Shown here one piece after another: positions 50,371 to 64,000 of a DNA stretch of 64,000 bases. Below the pieces are notes generated by a model, which worked only from the letters and a program-made list of their open reading frames with translations, did no database searches and was not told the origin of the DNA. Within the stretch, counting starts at the first letter, position 1; each line of letters opens with the position of its first letter. A program made the position numbers and the translations under genes. This DNA comes from Lama glama (lineage: Eukaryota). The stretch is from assembly GCA_028534125.1 (NCBI GenBank), contig CM052816.1, positions 28,088,001 to 28,152,000 of the forward strand, written 5' to 3'.

Positions 50371-53300
50371 TCATGTATGCAGGCTCATCATTTAGCTTAC
50401 TGGACTCATCTTTCAGTATTTTGAACACTGTAAACTGGAGCTATTATCCGGCTTCTGTTTGTTCTTGGGAATACTCCAAAAATAGACTCAGAATTTAAAG
50501 AATTTATCATCTAGATTCATGCAAACTAAAGGTACAATCTTCATAGTTAGGGAATAAAAAGAAAACTTACATTTAGTTGACTGCCCAGTAACAGTAAGTA
50601 TGTTTTTATTTTGAGTAATACTCTTGCTATTGTATAATATATAATGTTTTTGATACAATATATTATATGACAACTTCACTGAGTCCTTTACAATGATTTT
50701 TACCATTATTTTTCAGAATTTTTCTGAACCTATAATATTTAAGAAAGATTGATAACCAGTTGTACATAGGGAAATATATCCCCCTTCTTCTTTTTTTTAA
50801 TTCTCCACAGAATTCATGGACATTCAAAATACTATAAGGTACTCTGCATTATCAGTGCTTCATCTAACCAGTTTACAGTTGAATTAAGATTCCAATTTAA
50901 GGAAATTCCCTGAAGACCAGCATTCTTTCAAGGTCTGCTGCTTTTGCCATTAAACTTCGACAAACATGAGTAAGATGACCTTATCTATTAAAAAGACTTA
51001 TGTTTCTAGCTGGATAGCCATTATTCTTTGCCGTTAGAAAATATATAATGTAGTTTATCTCAACAACTTTTAATATAGTGGCACCAGGGAAGAGAATGAG
51101 TTATGGCTTGGATATACAGGCGGGAAAAAAACCCAGAGGCTTGAAGGTACATTGGTATCACATAAATAAAAACACTAACAAAATTCCTCCGTCGATTCAG
51201 TTTACCTCGTACATTATGTACAGGTGGCTTTCTGATTTTATTAATGAGAAGAAACTTTTGATAATATCTAAAAATGTGTCCCAAATTATTTGCCATTTGG
51301 GATATGTTAGGAAATAAAAGTTAAAATAGAGAACAAGATGATTGATTGAATGAAATACGTCAACTGTGCTGGGATTCATTTCCTGTCTTCTAGGCAAGGG
51401 AAGGGGAACCAAAAAAAAAAAAAAGGCCTATTTGTTTAGCGCTTAAAAACATTCATTTCCATATAAAGTAGGCATCCTAGGTGACGACTTCTTATTTCAA
51501 GACTACATTCTTTCATGCATTTAGAAGTTGGCAGGCACAGCATCACTGCACTAAACAGCCAATGCCTTTGATATAATCTGTTGTGTTCAGTTTAAAATCC
51601 CTAAAATATTTTTGGGGAACAAAAAAAGTAACTTGAAGGGGAAATGATTCATCATCTCACTCTTTCTGGAGGCGAGAAATCAGTGTAGTTGGAATACTAA
51701 TTTACTAATCTGAGATTTGTAAAATCTTTTAAAGAAATATAATGTAGAATATTTAAGGAATTTAAAAGGCCATTTCCTGTATTTCTTAAATACACAGAGA
51801 CAAAAGAATCTCAATCTTACTACTCCTTAGCCACTAACCCTCATGACAGGCCATATACTATTATTTATTAAGTACTTTATGTCCTAACTTGTTATAAAGG
51901 TGGCCTCTCGCAGTTAAAATGGTGCTGTAATATACCTGTGGAGGGACTGGACCAGCATCTAGTTACTCCTAAAATAAGGGCCTTTACTTTGCTCATTGAT
52001 TCCTGAAATTCTCTGAATTTTGTTGACTGCTTTTGTGTAAGGATTTTTGTTCTAGGATAACATTCTAGTATATGAAAAACCAGGGGATAAATACAGTCAC
52101 ATTCTTAATTTGTTTAAAGTAAATTAAAATGGACCTCCAAAAAAAAAAAAAAACAGAAAAAAGAAAAGAAAAAAAATGGACCTGAGGCCTCACTAGCCAG
52201 GTTAGCAGGGAGACCAGTATATTGCTCCTTACCCTACTGCCACCACTCTTCTCCCATGATAATCTGAGAATCACCAGACACTCAGAATTGAACTCCAAAG
52301 CACAGTTCATTATTCTTCCTCCCAAGAGAACATCCCCTATCATCATCCTGCTACAACTATTGTTTTTCTTGCTATGATACAGTCCATATCCAGAGCAACA
52401 CCACAAGTCCCCACATTTGTAATACTATTTGTCTATCCTTATTATCGCATGGATTTCTGTTCCTGTAGTTAAGTTAGGTACTTATTTCAACCTTGATTAT
52501 GCCAGTTTATTAGGGTAATTATGATTTTAGTTTGTATAAACCTATGAAATATGATTATTAAAAAGATTATCCACATGAAAGTAAATGAAATGCTCTAAAA
52601 ACACTTTACAAAAGTCACTTAAAGAAGTAAATAAAAAGGATTTGTTGAATTATATATGTCCATGTATAAATGTTACAAAAGATTTCAACATGCTTTTCAT
52701 AAAAATATACAATGAACGAAAACCACTATGTTATTTAACTCATTAATGAGGCACTAGCAAGGTGATAAAACTGTTTCTAAGATTATTACAAAAAATTTTG
52801 GTGAGTATTAAAAAGATAAAGTTAGGGTAAGATTGCTGGGGTAGTTACAAAACAGGGTCAATATCCTAAAGCACATCTAAACCATTGCCTTTTGTTAGAA
52901 ATTTCTAAATTACATAACTTTACAATAGCTAGGTTTCAGTTAAATAATAGATAGCAAAACCAAAGCCTATTTTCCTAAAAATTAAATAATACTGGGGCAG
53001 GGACTATGAATGCTGTCCTAGTATGACACTGAAAGAGCATGCTACCGCCCATGTGTTTTCAAATCTGGAATCCTTTTTCTTAACACGTATAGAAAAGGCA
53101 ACTCTAAATTGGGGAGGATCACATAATAAAACCACAGAAGGACTCAGCATTCATATGGCTTTTCACCAATCTTTATAAACTTGCTCCATTTTAAAGAAAT
53201 CTAAACTCAAAATTTTCAACTGTGATTTATGTAAGAAAGACCACTGAAACTTTCTTTAAAAGGACACACAATCAAACAAGAGGACTTAGTCTATACTACA

Positions 53301-53739
53301 AGACTGGCAGACATATAATTCAGGTGTTGTAGGTTGAATTTATTCATTTTCAAACATGTATTTCTTAATTTTATGACTCCTCATTGGTAATGGATAACCT
53401 AGTTGCCCAGAACACAAAGAGATATGCAACCTACCACTCTATTAGGATAACAAAGAGTTGGACAAGTTGAAAACGTGATAAAATTCACATTCTTTTTTTT
53501 TTTCTTTTTTTCAATTATCTTAACCATTTAATAGTTACGTGGCTTTGGCAAGACAAGAGTTTTGGCCTTCCCATCAATTAGCTGTGTAAATCTTAGTACG
53601 TGATTTAATTTGAACCGGATTCTATAGCCTCAGCTAGACTGAGTACTCTGTAATCGTGTATTTCTAGGTTCTCCAGTACGGCTGAAGGCCAAGACGGTCT
53701 TTAAACAAAATTTAGCAGGCTGTATTCAAAAGGACCAGA

Positions 53740-53960
53740 TTTTACAGCCCCAAACCCAGGATTTGCATTTAACTTCCAGTACTTTCTGGTTATTGACTTG
53801 GTTGCAACACTTAGCATTTTTGAGTCTCGGTTTCCTTCTCTTTAAAATTGAGAAAATAATTAAATACATTGCAGGTATATTTTGAAGATTATAAAAATGC
53901 ATGCTGAATAAATGCTACCTATGGCAATTACTGTTTAGATAGTTCAATAACATATTGAAT
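53740..53960 (+). mobile_element. MIR SINE
   Basis: 'gacttggttgcaacacttagcatttttgagtctcggtttccttctctttaaaattgagaaaataat...ttttgaagatta'. Confidence 0.65.
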
Positions 53961-56900
53961 TAAAGTAAGTAACTGAATTATGATTATTGAAGATTTCAAA
54001 CTCAGCCCTAAGAAGTATGGCTGTCATATTTCTACAAGTATCTTTCAACATACATTTCTGAAATATACTGAGTATTTCTAAAGCACTTAAAGATCTAGAA
54101 CAAGTATTTCCTGGGGGTACTAGATCCCACTCATTCTTGATTACTCAAGGACGATAATCTAGGAATTTTCCTTTCTTCACATCATCAGTTTTTCCCACTC
54201 TAATGGATTTTTTTCCCTGTGGCATTATATAAGACACTTTAAAGAAGACAGAAATAAAGAACAGAATCTGTAGTTCGATTTTAAGTGGATCAGATTAATA
54301 AATTCTGGGACTAGCAGAGGGTGAAACTGATAGAACATGAAGACCTATTAGACATGAACAATTGGATTATGAGGAAGATGGTGGTCAAGTAAATTATGAA
54401 ATAAATTGCTCATCATTTTCAGAGCATGCCCATAAGTATAAGACCTCCTTGCATGAAAAGCATTATTGCAAAGCATTTTTCTATTTTTTGTGGTATTTTA
54501 GCATAATATTCTGAAATTATGTGAAAGGAATTTAAGTATTTTCAACCTACTTCAAACAATTAATTCTACCTACAAAATGTTTTCATTATGCACAATGCAA
54601 AGACTCCAATTATATTCAAAAGTGAACACGATTTATTTCTAACTCCTACTGACGGTAGACTTTTTCTCTTAACTTTCTCTGGCAGATGGTCAGGCTTTTT
54701 GAATGCTGTAGGTGACACATCTCTGTCTTAGTAAAATGAAAATTTTGGGCTATAATACTCATCCACTGATTCACATTTTGGCTTCTGAGATACATCTATT
54801 TCCTTTACTATATGAAAGTCCTCCAAATGATTTATGAGACAAAATCCCAACACTATCCTACCTGCCTTCTATTGATACGTAACAAACTTATTTGCACTGT
54901 GTTATATAAATGAATATTAATTATTGGACATGAAATCTAAAAGAAATCTTAGTAATCAGTTAGAAGAGCTCTTCTTTTGACAGAAGAAGACACTGAATTC
55001 CAGACATATAAAACCAGAAATCATGCACCTTTTAGAGCCAGAACTTATTAAGACAGATATCTTTCCTCTCTTTTTAGTGCTTATATTTACCTGTCCATGT
55101 CATGTGCAAGGCCATTTAAAAGGGCCATATTTGATATAGAGGTAAAATACAGAAAATATCCTCTCATGATCCCTGTAAGAATTCATATGACATTTCCATT
55201 TGCAGGTAACTGAAATTTTTAATTAGATTTACTTCAATTCTTGAAATTTTAAAACTTGAATATGGGACTTTATATTTATTTATCTTAAACTGTGCCTGTT
55301 AATTTTTAATCATCATTTTAACTACCTGAAATGTACTTGAACTTTTATTCTGTCTTCCATCATAATTTATCGCTTATTTTCTAAAATTGTATCAGTATAC
55401 TTGTCTTAATCAGGCCCATGACCAAAGACTGAACCTTGGAGACCATCACAAACCCTTTTATCAAAACTTTCAATGAATAAGGAAATCAGGTAGATTACAT
55501 ATTCAAAAAGAACCCACACAAAATAATGCTTTGACCAAAAGATGTATTAAAATCAAGTAAACATCATTAGCACATTTTGCATTAGCTCTATCTGGAAACA
55601 TTCCAGAGTAAGAAAAGCTCACATAGATGTGTTAAAACACAAACTGAGCATAATTAATGTTAGTAAAAAATTGATAATGGTTTTAAAGAATCAAAGAATG
55701 ATGTTTAGGATGAACTACAGCTTTATACAGAAAATTATGACATTTAAACTAAGAATTATAGAAGACAGAGTAGAAATCAGTGTACATTAGTAACTACGAT
55801 AGTCCCTTTTTTCTAGTCTCCCGCACAGACATCACATCTCCCAAGTTCCTATTAAGCTACCAATGGTAATTAGCCTGTGCTAAGGAAGACAGTGGAGGAG
55901 AACCAACATTCAAATCAACTTTTTCAGAATTCTGATATATGAGCATGTATTTTATTATAGAAAATACAAGTCCCTTTTTTTACCAATTCTAAGGTAGAAA
56001 GTACAATTTTGATTTTGTATCAGTTTACATTATTGTACACATTTGAGAACTCCTTGTCTTTGTTTCCCCCTTCTCCCAGTCTCCAACTTAATTCTGCTTG
56101 TCTTGTTATATCTAAAAATATTATAGAATATTTGTGTATTAGACATTTTACTGAAGTCCACTTGAAGAAATAGATGTAATATTTGTCTTTTCTTCAGAAG
56201 CAATGATTTTATTATTAAAGTTTTCATTTTGAGGACGTAGAGATATGTCTGTTTAAAATTTGTCACCTAAATACGCAAGGCAGTGAAATAGAGCGTATTA
56301 AAAGTTTCTGAAAAAGTCAGAAATTATTGTAAACCTTAAATCGAATGTCACATTCTTGTGTTTAAAAGCAAACGTTGGTGCCCTCCATTTAATGGATATT
56401 AAGTAGTGTGGCAAGATAAACTGCTGTCTATGAAAATGTAGCCTGTAAGTATGCAACTGTTGGCCTCCCAGGGGACAAGTGACTATTTATGCCTGGCCAG
56501 TGCTGCATTAATTTTACTGCCTATGCATCTCCTGGGAGGGAACTGGCGAACTACCACATTTTTAAAATTCACATATAAGTTCCTCTGATCCATAGCCTGT
56601 CTTGTTTACAGACATTTTTTTTTTCAGACTGTTTAATGTAAGAGCAAAGCAATTAGAATCTGAGACACCCAAGGCCAATTTTTATTTTTCCTTTTGGATA
56701 AGAGCTGAACACTATGTTCCTGTTTCCTCTTCAGAGTGTCTTTAAAATGGCAGGCTTTTCAGGGTACAAACTACACCTTAATAGAACCTTGGTGTAAACA
56801 GTGTTTAAATGTATCTGGTAAATTCCACATTCCTATCATTTTTCACCTTGACTATTGCAATATCCCCAGGTGATGTGACAATCCGTTCTGTAACACTGAC

Positions 56901-57439
56901 AGAATACTTTTATCGAAGTACCATGCCATAGTCCTGTTAAATGCCTCCCTTGGGTTCCCACATACAATTCCAGTTCTACATCTTTTGTGCCCCAATCGTA
57001 CTTGTCTACTTTTTTCATTCTTCACCTCAAATTTTACTCTATGGTAATAGGGTACTGGGTGTAGTCATACAAATACACACTCACATGCATTGAAGATGTA
57101 TTTACTTTTAAAAAGATTCTCTATTTATGTAGCTTACCTCAATGTCAGGCTATCTCTGATTAACAATTTATATTAATACTGGATTCAAAAAAGGTCTTCT
57201 AATCTGTATCAAGATTAGTGTATAAAAATGGAGTGAACTGAAAGATGAAACTACTCATATTGTCACAACTTTAGTAGGACATGACGGAAAGAACATTCAA
57301 TTAAAAATTCCAGTCTTGGTCACATGCAGTATTGTTCCTCAAGGATTTCTTTGCAATGATACCTCTCAGAATGGAAAAGTATTAAGATAAAGGAGTTTGC
57401 CTCCATTTGCAATATTTATAGCTACTATTTATCAGTACA

Positions 57440-57585
57440 TTACTTTATTTTTGAGACTAAAATTTCTAACCTGTAAAATGAGTTATACTAACATATGCCC
57501 ATATGGATTATAAAAATGAGTGCTGTTTTATATGAAGAATTGTGTATAGTTCCTGACAAACAGTAGATATTCAATAAATAGGTGA
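57440..57585 (+). mobile_element. MIR 3' half
   Basis: 'ttctaacctgtaaaatgagttatactaac...tatagttcctgacaaacagtagatattcaataaat'. Confidence 0.6.
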
Positions 57586-57635
57586 CAGAATTATTCACCA
57601 TAACTCAAGGGATTGATGACAGAATTAAGAAATTC

Positions 57636-57684
57636 TGTTAGCAAAGAGAGAGATTTGTTAAAATTGTTAGCAAAGAGAGAGATT
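57636..57684 (+). repeat. Short tandem duplication TGTTAGCAAAGAGAGAGATTT x2
   Basis: Two identical 21-mers separated by GTTAAAAT. Confidence 0.9.
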
Positions 57685-58464
57685 TTCTTGAATTATTATG
57701 GTTGGTTTTAAATAAATTTTTAAAAGTAAGTTAACAACAAGGATAAGTGACAAACTGCAATAAATGAAGAACATGTGAAATGAAAACATGATGTTTTGCC
57801 TTGACTGGGTTAAAATCTTTTGCCTACTCTTTTACTGGTAATGATGCATTAAATAAAATAAAATTTAAAGTTGATGAAAATGGACTCTTGAATCATCACT
57901 GATTATGCTACCAGGTGAGACTAGACAAAATAACATTGATTTATATATTTGACTAAGACGCTAAAACTTTGAAAAAGGAATATAACAGCGTACTGTGATG
58001 AAGTATGCCTTTCTGTTAGAAAAAGACAGGAAGTAAAGTTCAAAGCTCTTTTTCAAGCTTATCAAATTGCACAATGATTTAGAGTTTTAGGTAGTATAAT
58101 GTCAAAATAAATATAAAAATCACACATTTACATTACATTACATTTAAGTAAAATAACTTGAATTTAAAAAGTTCCGTATCATAATTCAGAGGACATAATT
58201 TCTGAATTCTAAGTGCCTTAAATACGTATTTTGTACAAATAACTTTTCTGAGGATTTTTTTCCAGAACAGGACTATACATTTTCTCACAATTTCCCATGC
58301 TGGACAGGATAGTAGCACTGATAGACAGGGGGATGCTGTCAATTCACCACTCATTCACAAGAACACGTATCTCTGAGATTTGGTTCACATGGTTAGAAAA
58401 TACCCAACTTTTTTTTTTTTGTCTTTTTTTCCTTTGAAGGGGGAAGGAGAGATGTCTGGCTAAC

Positions 58465-58685
58465 TCTAATTCAACCTTCAATATCAAGGTTAGAGACCAG
58501 AGTTCTCCAGAAAATCTTTCTTAAATCTTGAGATTAGTTTACTCTGTTCTTTCTCTTGCTCACAAAACATACTGTGTCAGTCTCACACGTTAGATTCCAC
58601 AAGAATATGAAACAGACCCCATTTATATTAAATCTCAGGACATAGAAGAGTACTTCATATGTAGTACGCACTACAAATGGTTCTA
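58465..58685 (+). mobile_element. L2 3' end relic
   Basis: 'ttcaaccttcaatatcaagg...ttctccagaaaatctttc...tagattcc...gagtacttcatatgtagtacgcactacaaat'. Confidence 0.45.
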
Positions 58686-59354
58686 GATTTGTAATTGTGT
58701 ACTTACAATGTTTAATATCTTAAAATTGACTCAATCCATTTATTCGTTATACAATAGAAAAGATCAAAATCTTTTCCGGGAGGAGTGAGATACTTCTGCA
58801 CTTTTACAGAATTCAGTGGGATTTGGAAATTTGTCACTTTTAGGAACGTTACCCAAGACTGGTCCCATCCTGGTCCCACACTTTCCCAAGCTGGACCCTG
58901 GCCTTGGCAAAGCAGACCCACTTTGCTAGTTTTTAAACACTTTTTGTTTTTTGGCTATGCTGGAAATTAAGTCCTGGGCTGTGTACTCAGCTTCTTCTAA
59001 CCTCTAACCTCTAATCTCTAGATGCTACCAAAGAGACCCTCAGGCTAACAAGCTGGCTTTAAGTTGGTGACTAATTCTTTCTCAGTTATTTTATCTCAGT
59101 AGGTACCCAAGTCCTTGGAGTTACTTTCCCTTATACATCTCGAACCAAGGCACATCACACTAGCTGATACATTGCTTTTCACTAGCACGCCCTTCAATTT
59201 ATCACTGAACAGTGGGACCAACACCTTTTGTCCAGGGACTACTTTACCTATGAGCAATGATACTGTTCTCACTGCTACCCAGGCAGTGGTGATCCTGCTC
59301 CCAAATACCTATCTTGGAAGTGCTTCCTCTGAATGCCTGCTTCCCTATGAAGCC

Positions 59355-59700
59355 AATTCTGAGGTAGATCTCAGTACACAGGGTATTCATTGAGAAGGGC
59401 ATTCGAGATCAATGCCTGTGAAAGGAGAGGGAAGAAAGCCAGAGTGGGCAGAGAGAGGAGTGCAGATTCAATATAAGTCCAAGGACAAGTCCAACTGATA
59501 CACAGAGAACTCTGGAGCTACAGTGGTCTTTCGGATACACCCCAGGTTAGGCTGAGATGGCCAGCTTTTGTTCCATTTCATTATTTTGTGAAGCATCTGG
59601 ACTGTCACTGGAAGGGGTACGAATGGGAAGGCAGCTTTCTACAACTGAGACATTAATAAAAGAGTTCACAGCTGAAAGTTGTCCCATGAGCCAGACAACA
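59355..59700 (-). mobile_element. LTR33-like (ERVL) LTR
   Basis: 'gagatcaatgcctgtgaaaggagagggaagaaagccagagtgggcagagag' motif typical of the LTR33/LTR41 group. Confidence 0.55.
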
Positions 59701-59769
59701 AATTCTTCATTAAAATATGTAAAGAGAATAATGTGCCAGTTAAAATTCCAACGATGGAGTTGATTTAAC

Positions 59770-62130
59770 AACATAAATATATACACCTTAAAGGAGACTC
59801 AAATATAAAGAGATAGAAATTAAAATGTTAGTGGTTGGAAATATGTATACCAAAAATATTAAAGAAAATAATTAGATTTTAAGGAAAAAAACAACTATAG
59901 AGAATACATGAAATATTTTTGTAATTTAAAAAATACCAGGACATAAGGAAGATATAAAAATGATCAATTTCCTATCACCAAATAGCAGCTTCAAAATATA
60001 TGAAGTTAAACTGACAGGACAAAAAGAGATGAGCAAATTAACAATAACAGAAGTAGACTGTAGTACATTTTTTCACAGTAAAGGATAGAATATGTAGATA
60101 AAATATCAACTTAGAAAGAGGTATTTGAAGACACTGAGATATTTAATTGACACATGTGGAATACTCACCATATATACCTGCAGAATATATATTATTTTCA
60201 TGAGGAATTTGAACATTTACCAAGATAAATCACTTTCTAGTCTGTAAATTTTAACATATTTCAAAGAACTGAAAATATACAGAGCTATCCTCTGATTATA
60301 GCATATGTAAAGTAGGATTAAATTTTTGAAAGATAACCGGAAAGTCCTCCTATATTTGTAAATCAAGTGGTATACTTCTAAATAAACTATAATCAAATAA
60401 TAATTAAAAATAGAAATGAAAATATTTTTGCTGAATGATATTAAAAACACAGTATTTAAAATATGTGGAAAATATCTAAAGCACTGTTTATAGGAAAACA
60501 TATAGCACTAAATGTGTATCTTAGAAAAACAGAGTATCAGCAGTCTTATGATAACACCCAAAGAGTTAGAAAACAGGGAAACAATAAAGATAACAGTAAA
60601 AACCTGTAACAGAAAAAAAACAAAAATAATTGAGAAAATACACAAAACCAATGTTCTTTTTTAAAAAGCTAATAAAAATTGTTAATTCTCTGGTAAGAAT
60701 GCTCAAAATAAAAAGACAAAAGGTAAATACAAGCAATACTAGGAATGAAAAAGAAACACTACTACAGATCTTTCAAATATGTATTGAACTGATAGAGTAC
60801 TTTATGAAAAATTTTATGTCAAAAAATTTGAAAATGTAGGTAAAATAGCTGAATACCTTAAAAAATAGCTTATGAAAAATTATACAAATGATTGAAAAAT
60901 CAGTCCTATATCTAATAAATAAAGTATTTGATTAACAGCATCCCGATAGGAAAAACTCCAGGCCTACACGGCTTTACCAATTAATTTTTCTTCATGTTTC
61001 CATCCTTTTATCTTAGATGTTAGGAGAGGGTGAAGTTTCCAACTCTTTCATTAAATAACTGTAACACTGATACCAAAGCATGGCAAACACACTGAGAAAG
61101 GAAGATCATATACTAATATCTCTCACAAAGATACTAAAGTTTTAAACAAAATATCATCAAACCAAATCTAACATAGTATACCATGACCATGTTTTTTTTT
61201 CACATACGTAAGTTTAACATTTAAAAAAAATTGATGTAATTTACCATGTTAAGAAAAAGTGTAATCATATTGATAAATAAAAAACAATTTGATAGACTTC
61301 AATGTACATGTATAATAAAATTTTTATAATCTTGGCAAATAAGGAACAGAAGTGAAATTCCTACTTTCATAAAGTTATCTTAAAAAAAAATATGATATAA
61401 CCTGAATGACAAAATATTGTAAGCTTTTCCCTGAATGGATAATGAGAAAAAATATCTTAGGTTCAACATTCACTGGAGAACCTATCCAGGGTTATTGATG
61501 GCAAAAAAACAAAATTATAAATTAAAATTAAGAACAATTAAGAGGAAGAAAAATTGGCATGCACAGCTGCAGAAACATATATGTTGAAAAAATTTTTTAA
61601 ACCCTGATGATAAACTGAATTCAGAATTAATTTTTAGAGCTGCTAAATCTAAAAATCAATATATAAATATAAATTTTATTTCTTGGTACCAGCCACGCAA
61701 AATTGTAAAATAATATTTTAAAATAATATTTCATTTAATATCATCAAAAACAATCAGAAATCTAGGCATAAATTTAACAAAATCTATCCAGTAACATTGT
61801 AGAAAAGCAAAAGATTACTGAGAGAAATTTGTAAAGACTCGAACAAAAAGAGCGATATACCACTTCCAAGTACTGGAAGACTTGAAACAAGGCAATTCTC
61901 TCCAAAGTACCCTACCAAATCACTGCAATAACAATCAAAATTCCAGAAGAATTTTTTTAGCGAGGATGGGGAAACTTATTACCTGATTCTAAAATGTATA
62001 GGGAAATTAAAAGGCCTAGACTAGCCAAGATAATAGTGAAAAAGAATAAAGTTGCATTTTCACCACATTGTATCAATTGTTATTATATAACCACAGTAAC
62101 TGAGATAGTGTGATACTGGTGCAAAGAAAT
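59770..62130 (+). mobile_element. Ancient L1 ORF2 (endonuclease to RT region), heavily decayed
   Basis: Remnants 'gcagcttcaaaatatatgaag...aactgacag', 'gaacatttaccaagataaatcac', 'aaaactccaggcctacacggctttacc', 'ctaggcataaatttaacaaaa', 'gcaataacaatcaaaattccag', 'gatagtgtgatactggtgcaaaga'. Confidence 0.85.
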
Positions 62131-63380
62131 CAGAAGAGACACTGGAGTTCACGTTCCATCAAAATGGAGAAACTTGAAAAACATCCTAGATATTCAATTG
62201 AGAAAAAAAAGAAAGACAATGTCCTCTGAGTAAGGAACACGCTTTAGCAATAGGACAAAGCAAACAGACTCATCTAAAAGTCTTAAAAGGAATCGGGTGG
62301 GCCAATGGATTTAATCATCAACCCCAAAATTTTTTAACCAACTTTAGATGAAAGTCACATAATCTAAAGCCTTCACAACATATTCCTTGCAATGACAGGC
62401 ACAAAATAAATATTAGTAATCATGCTAAAATCTAGATATGGAAAGAAGAAAAGAAATGACTAACAACTGAGAAGTAATGAATATAATCCAACCCAAACAG
62501 AACACAAACTTTAAAGTGAGCAAACACTTCAAAGTTGCCATGTTTACTTAATTTAAGAAATTAGATTAAAAAGCATGCAAACACAAAAAATAGACCATAT
62601 CTTGGGAAGGATGCATACATTTCAAACTTTTTGCCCATTTGCAAACAGAAATGAAATGAACATCACTTGAACAATTTATTACAATGCAAGAAAAAATTCC
62701 ACATAGTCCTTTATCTACTAAAGATACCGAATTTATATTTAAAATCTTCCCAGAAAGCAGCTCCAGGCACAAACAGCCCAGTGCATTCTAAACTAGTGAA
62801 TTTGTTCAAACTTCCACAATAAATATTACCATCTTATATAGATTTTTAAAAGCCAGACACAAAACGCAAATATACTATAAAGTTTATTTACACAAAGTTC
62901 AGGAACAACTATTGTATGATGATAGAATTGAGCTGTATGGACGTAAACATATATATAAAAATACACAATTTAAAACGTCCAGTAGAACACATACAAACTA
63001 TGGGTGACAACTACAGAGCAAAGGATTTGAGTAAGTATAGTCCTGATAGGATTGGTAGAGCAAAGTTATCAGGACAACATTTAGAAACTAGGTGTTACTG
63101 GAGACCACAGATTTTCAGTGGCACAATTTCAAGACTGTGAATTCCTCCTGCAGTGCTCAGCAGTTCTTACGTAGGGAATGTTAAGACTAAGGATTGCATT
63201 GATCCAAAGCTGAATAGATAAAGCTGGGTGCGCGGGATGCTTAATGGAGAAGACAAGGAGGGTTATTAACATGGAAAGGCTAGGCCAAAGAAAGAAAGGA
63301 AACTTAATCAAGATGAGTTACGTGGAGACAAGAGCTTTCTATCAGGAGAAAGTGTACAGAAATGTTAACAAGGTGGGTAC

Positions 63381-64000
63381 AAATTAATTGACCATATATG
63401 CTTGGGTTTATTTCACTGATCTATGAGTCATATTGTTTTGATTACTGTAGCTTTGTAATATAAAGTCAGGGAATGTGATGCCTCAGCTTTGCTCTTCTTT
63501 CTCAAGTTTGCTTTGGCTATTTGAAATTTTTTTGGTTCCATACAAATTTTAAGATTTTTTTCCTATTTGTGTGAAAAATGCCATTGGGATTTTTATAAAG
63601 ATTGCATTGCATCTGTAGACTGTTTTGGGTAACATAGACATTTTTACACCGTTAATTTTTCTCATAGAGGAGTATGGGAAAAATCTTTCCATTTATTTGC
63701 ATCTTTTTCAATTGTTTTCAGCAGTGTTTTATAGCTTTCAGTGCACAGGTCTTATTTTTAGGTATTTTATTCTTTTTGATGCAAGTGTAAATGGGATTAT
63801 TTTCTTCATTTCTCTTTCTGCTAGTTCGTTGTTAGTGTATAAAAATGCAAAAGATTTTTGTGTATTGATTTTGTGCCTTGTAATTTTATTGAATTCATTT
63901 ATTCTAAGAGTTTTCTGGCAGATTTTTTAGAGTTTTCTGTGTAAAACATCAAGTTTCTTAGTTTCCAACTTAATATGCTTTTTATTTTTTTTCTGCCTAA
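63381..64000 (-). mobile_element. Antisense L1 ORF2 fragment, continuing past the window end
   Basis: 'ttttgattactgtagctttgtaata...gggaatgtgatgcctcagctttgctcttctttctcaag...ccatacaaattttaag...gttagtgtataaaaatgcaaaagatttttgtgtattgattttg'. Confidence 0.93.

Noticed and set aside
50780..50990. Plus-strand acceptor (ttttttttaattctccacag) as an exon
   Set aside because: All frames close before the GTAAG donor, and no other supporting plus-strand exons were found.
56836..57018. 60-aa protein-like ORF (MKKVDKYDWG...)
   Set aside because: No recognisable family, splice context or poly(A)/TSD; may be an ancient repeat or conserved non-coding element, but this is unsupported.

Overview
AT-rich, CpG-poor mammalian (eutherian) genomic DNA that looks intronic and is dominated by interspersed repeats. 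These include several 5'-truncated LINE-1 copies of different ages, a decayed ERV1/MER4-group-like provirus remnant, solo LTRs, hAT DNA-transposon MITEs (MER20, MER5, MER58, MER63), and MIR and L2 relics. The L1 3'UTRs resemble camelid-type L1 as I recall them, and I saw no Alu, B1, Bov-tA/BovB or PRE-1 SINEs, so a camelid or other cetartiodactyl is my unverified inference. Almost all ORFs in the supplied track are L1 ORF2 fragments, their antisense shadows or chance ORFs. A series of short minus-strand segments with good splice signals (38377/38318-38414, 30820-30831, 30549-30595, 18814-18901, 8985-9019, 3942-3983, possibly 1-94) suggests an unidentified multi-exon gene running right to left; I could not name it. 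The most notable structures are: (i) a 148-bp locally templated insertion inside a (TA)n tract of an L1, copied from 1,678 bp away; (ii) a twin-primed, 5'-inverted L1 with a target-site duplication (TSD); (iii) an L1 nested in an L1; (iv) a tandemly duplicated micro-exon cassette built around a 10-bp palindrome; (v) an ERV LTR plus splice donor oriented so that it could feed the candidate exons. There is no prokaryotic system, CRISPR array or RNA gene. Repeat family names are from memory of consensus sequences, and many boundaries are approximate.
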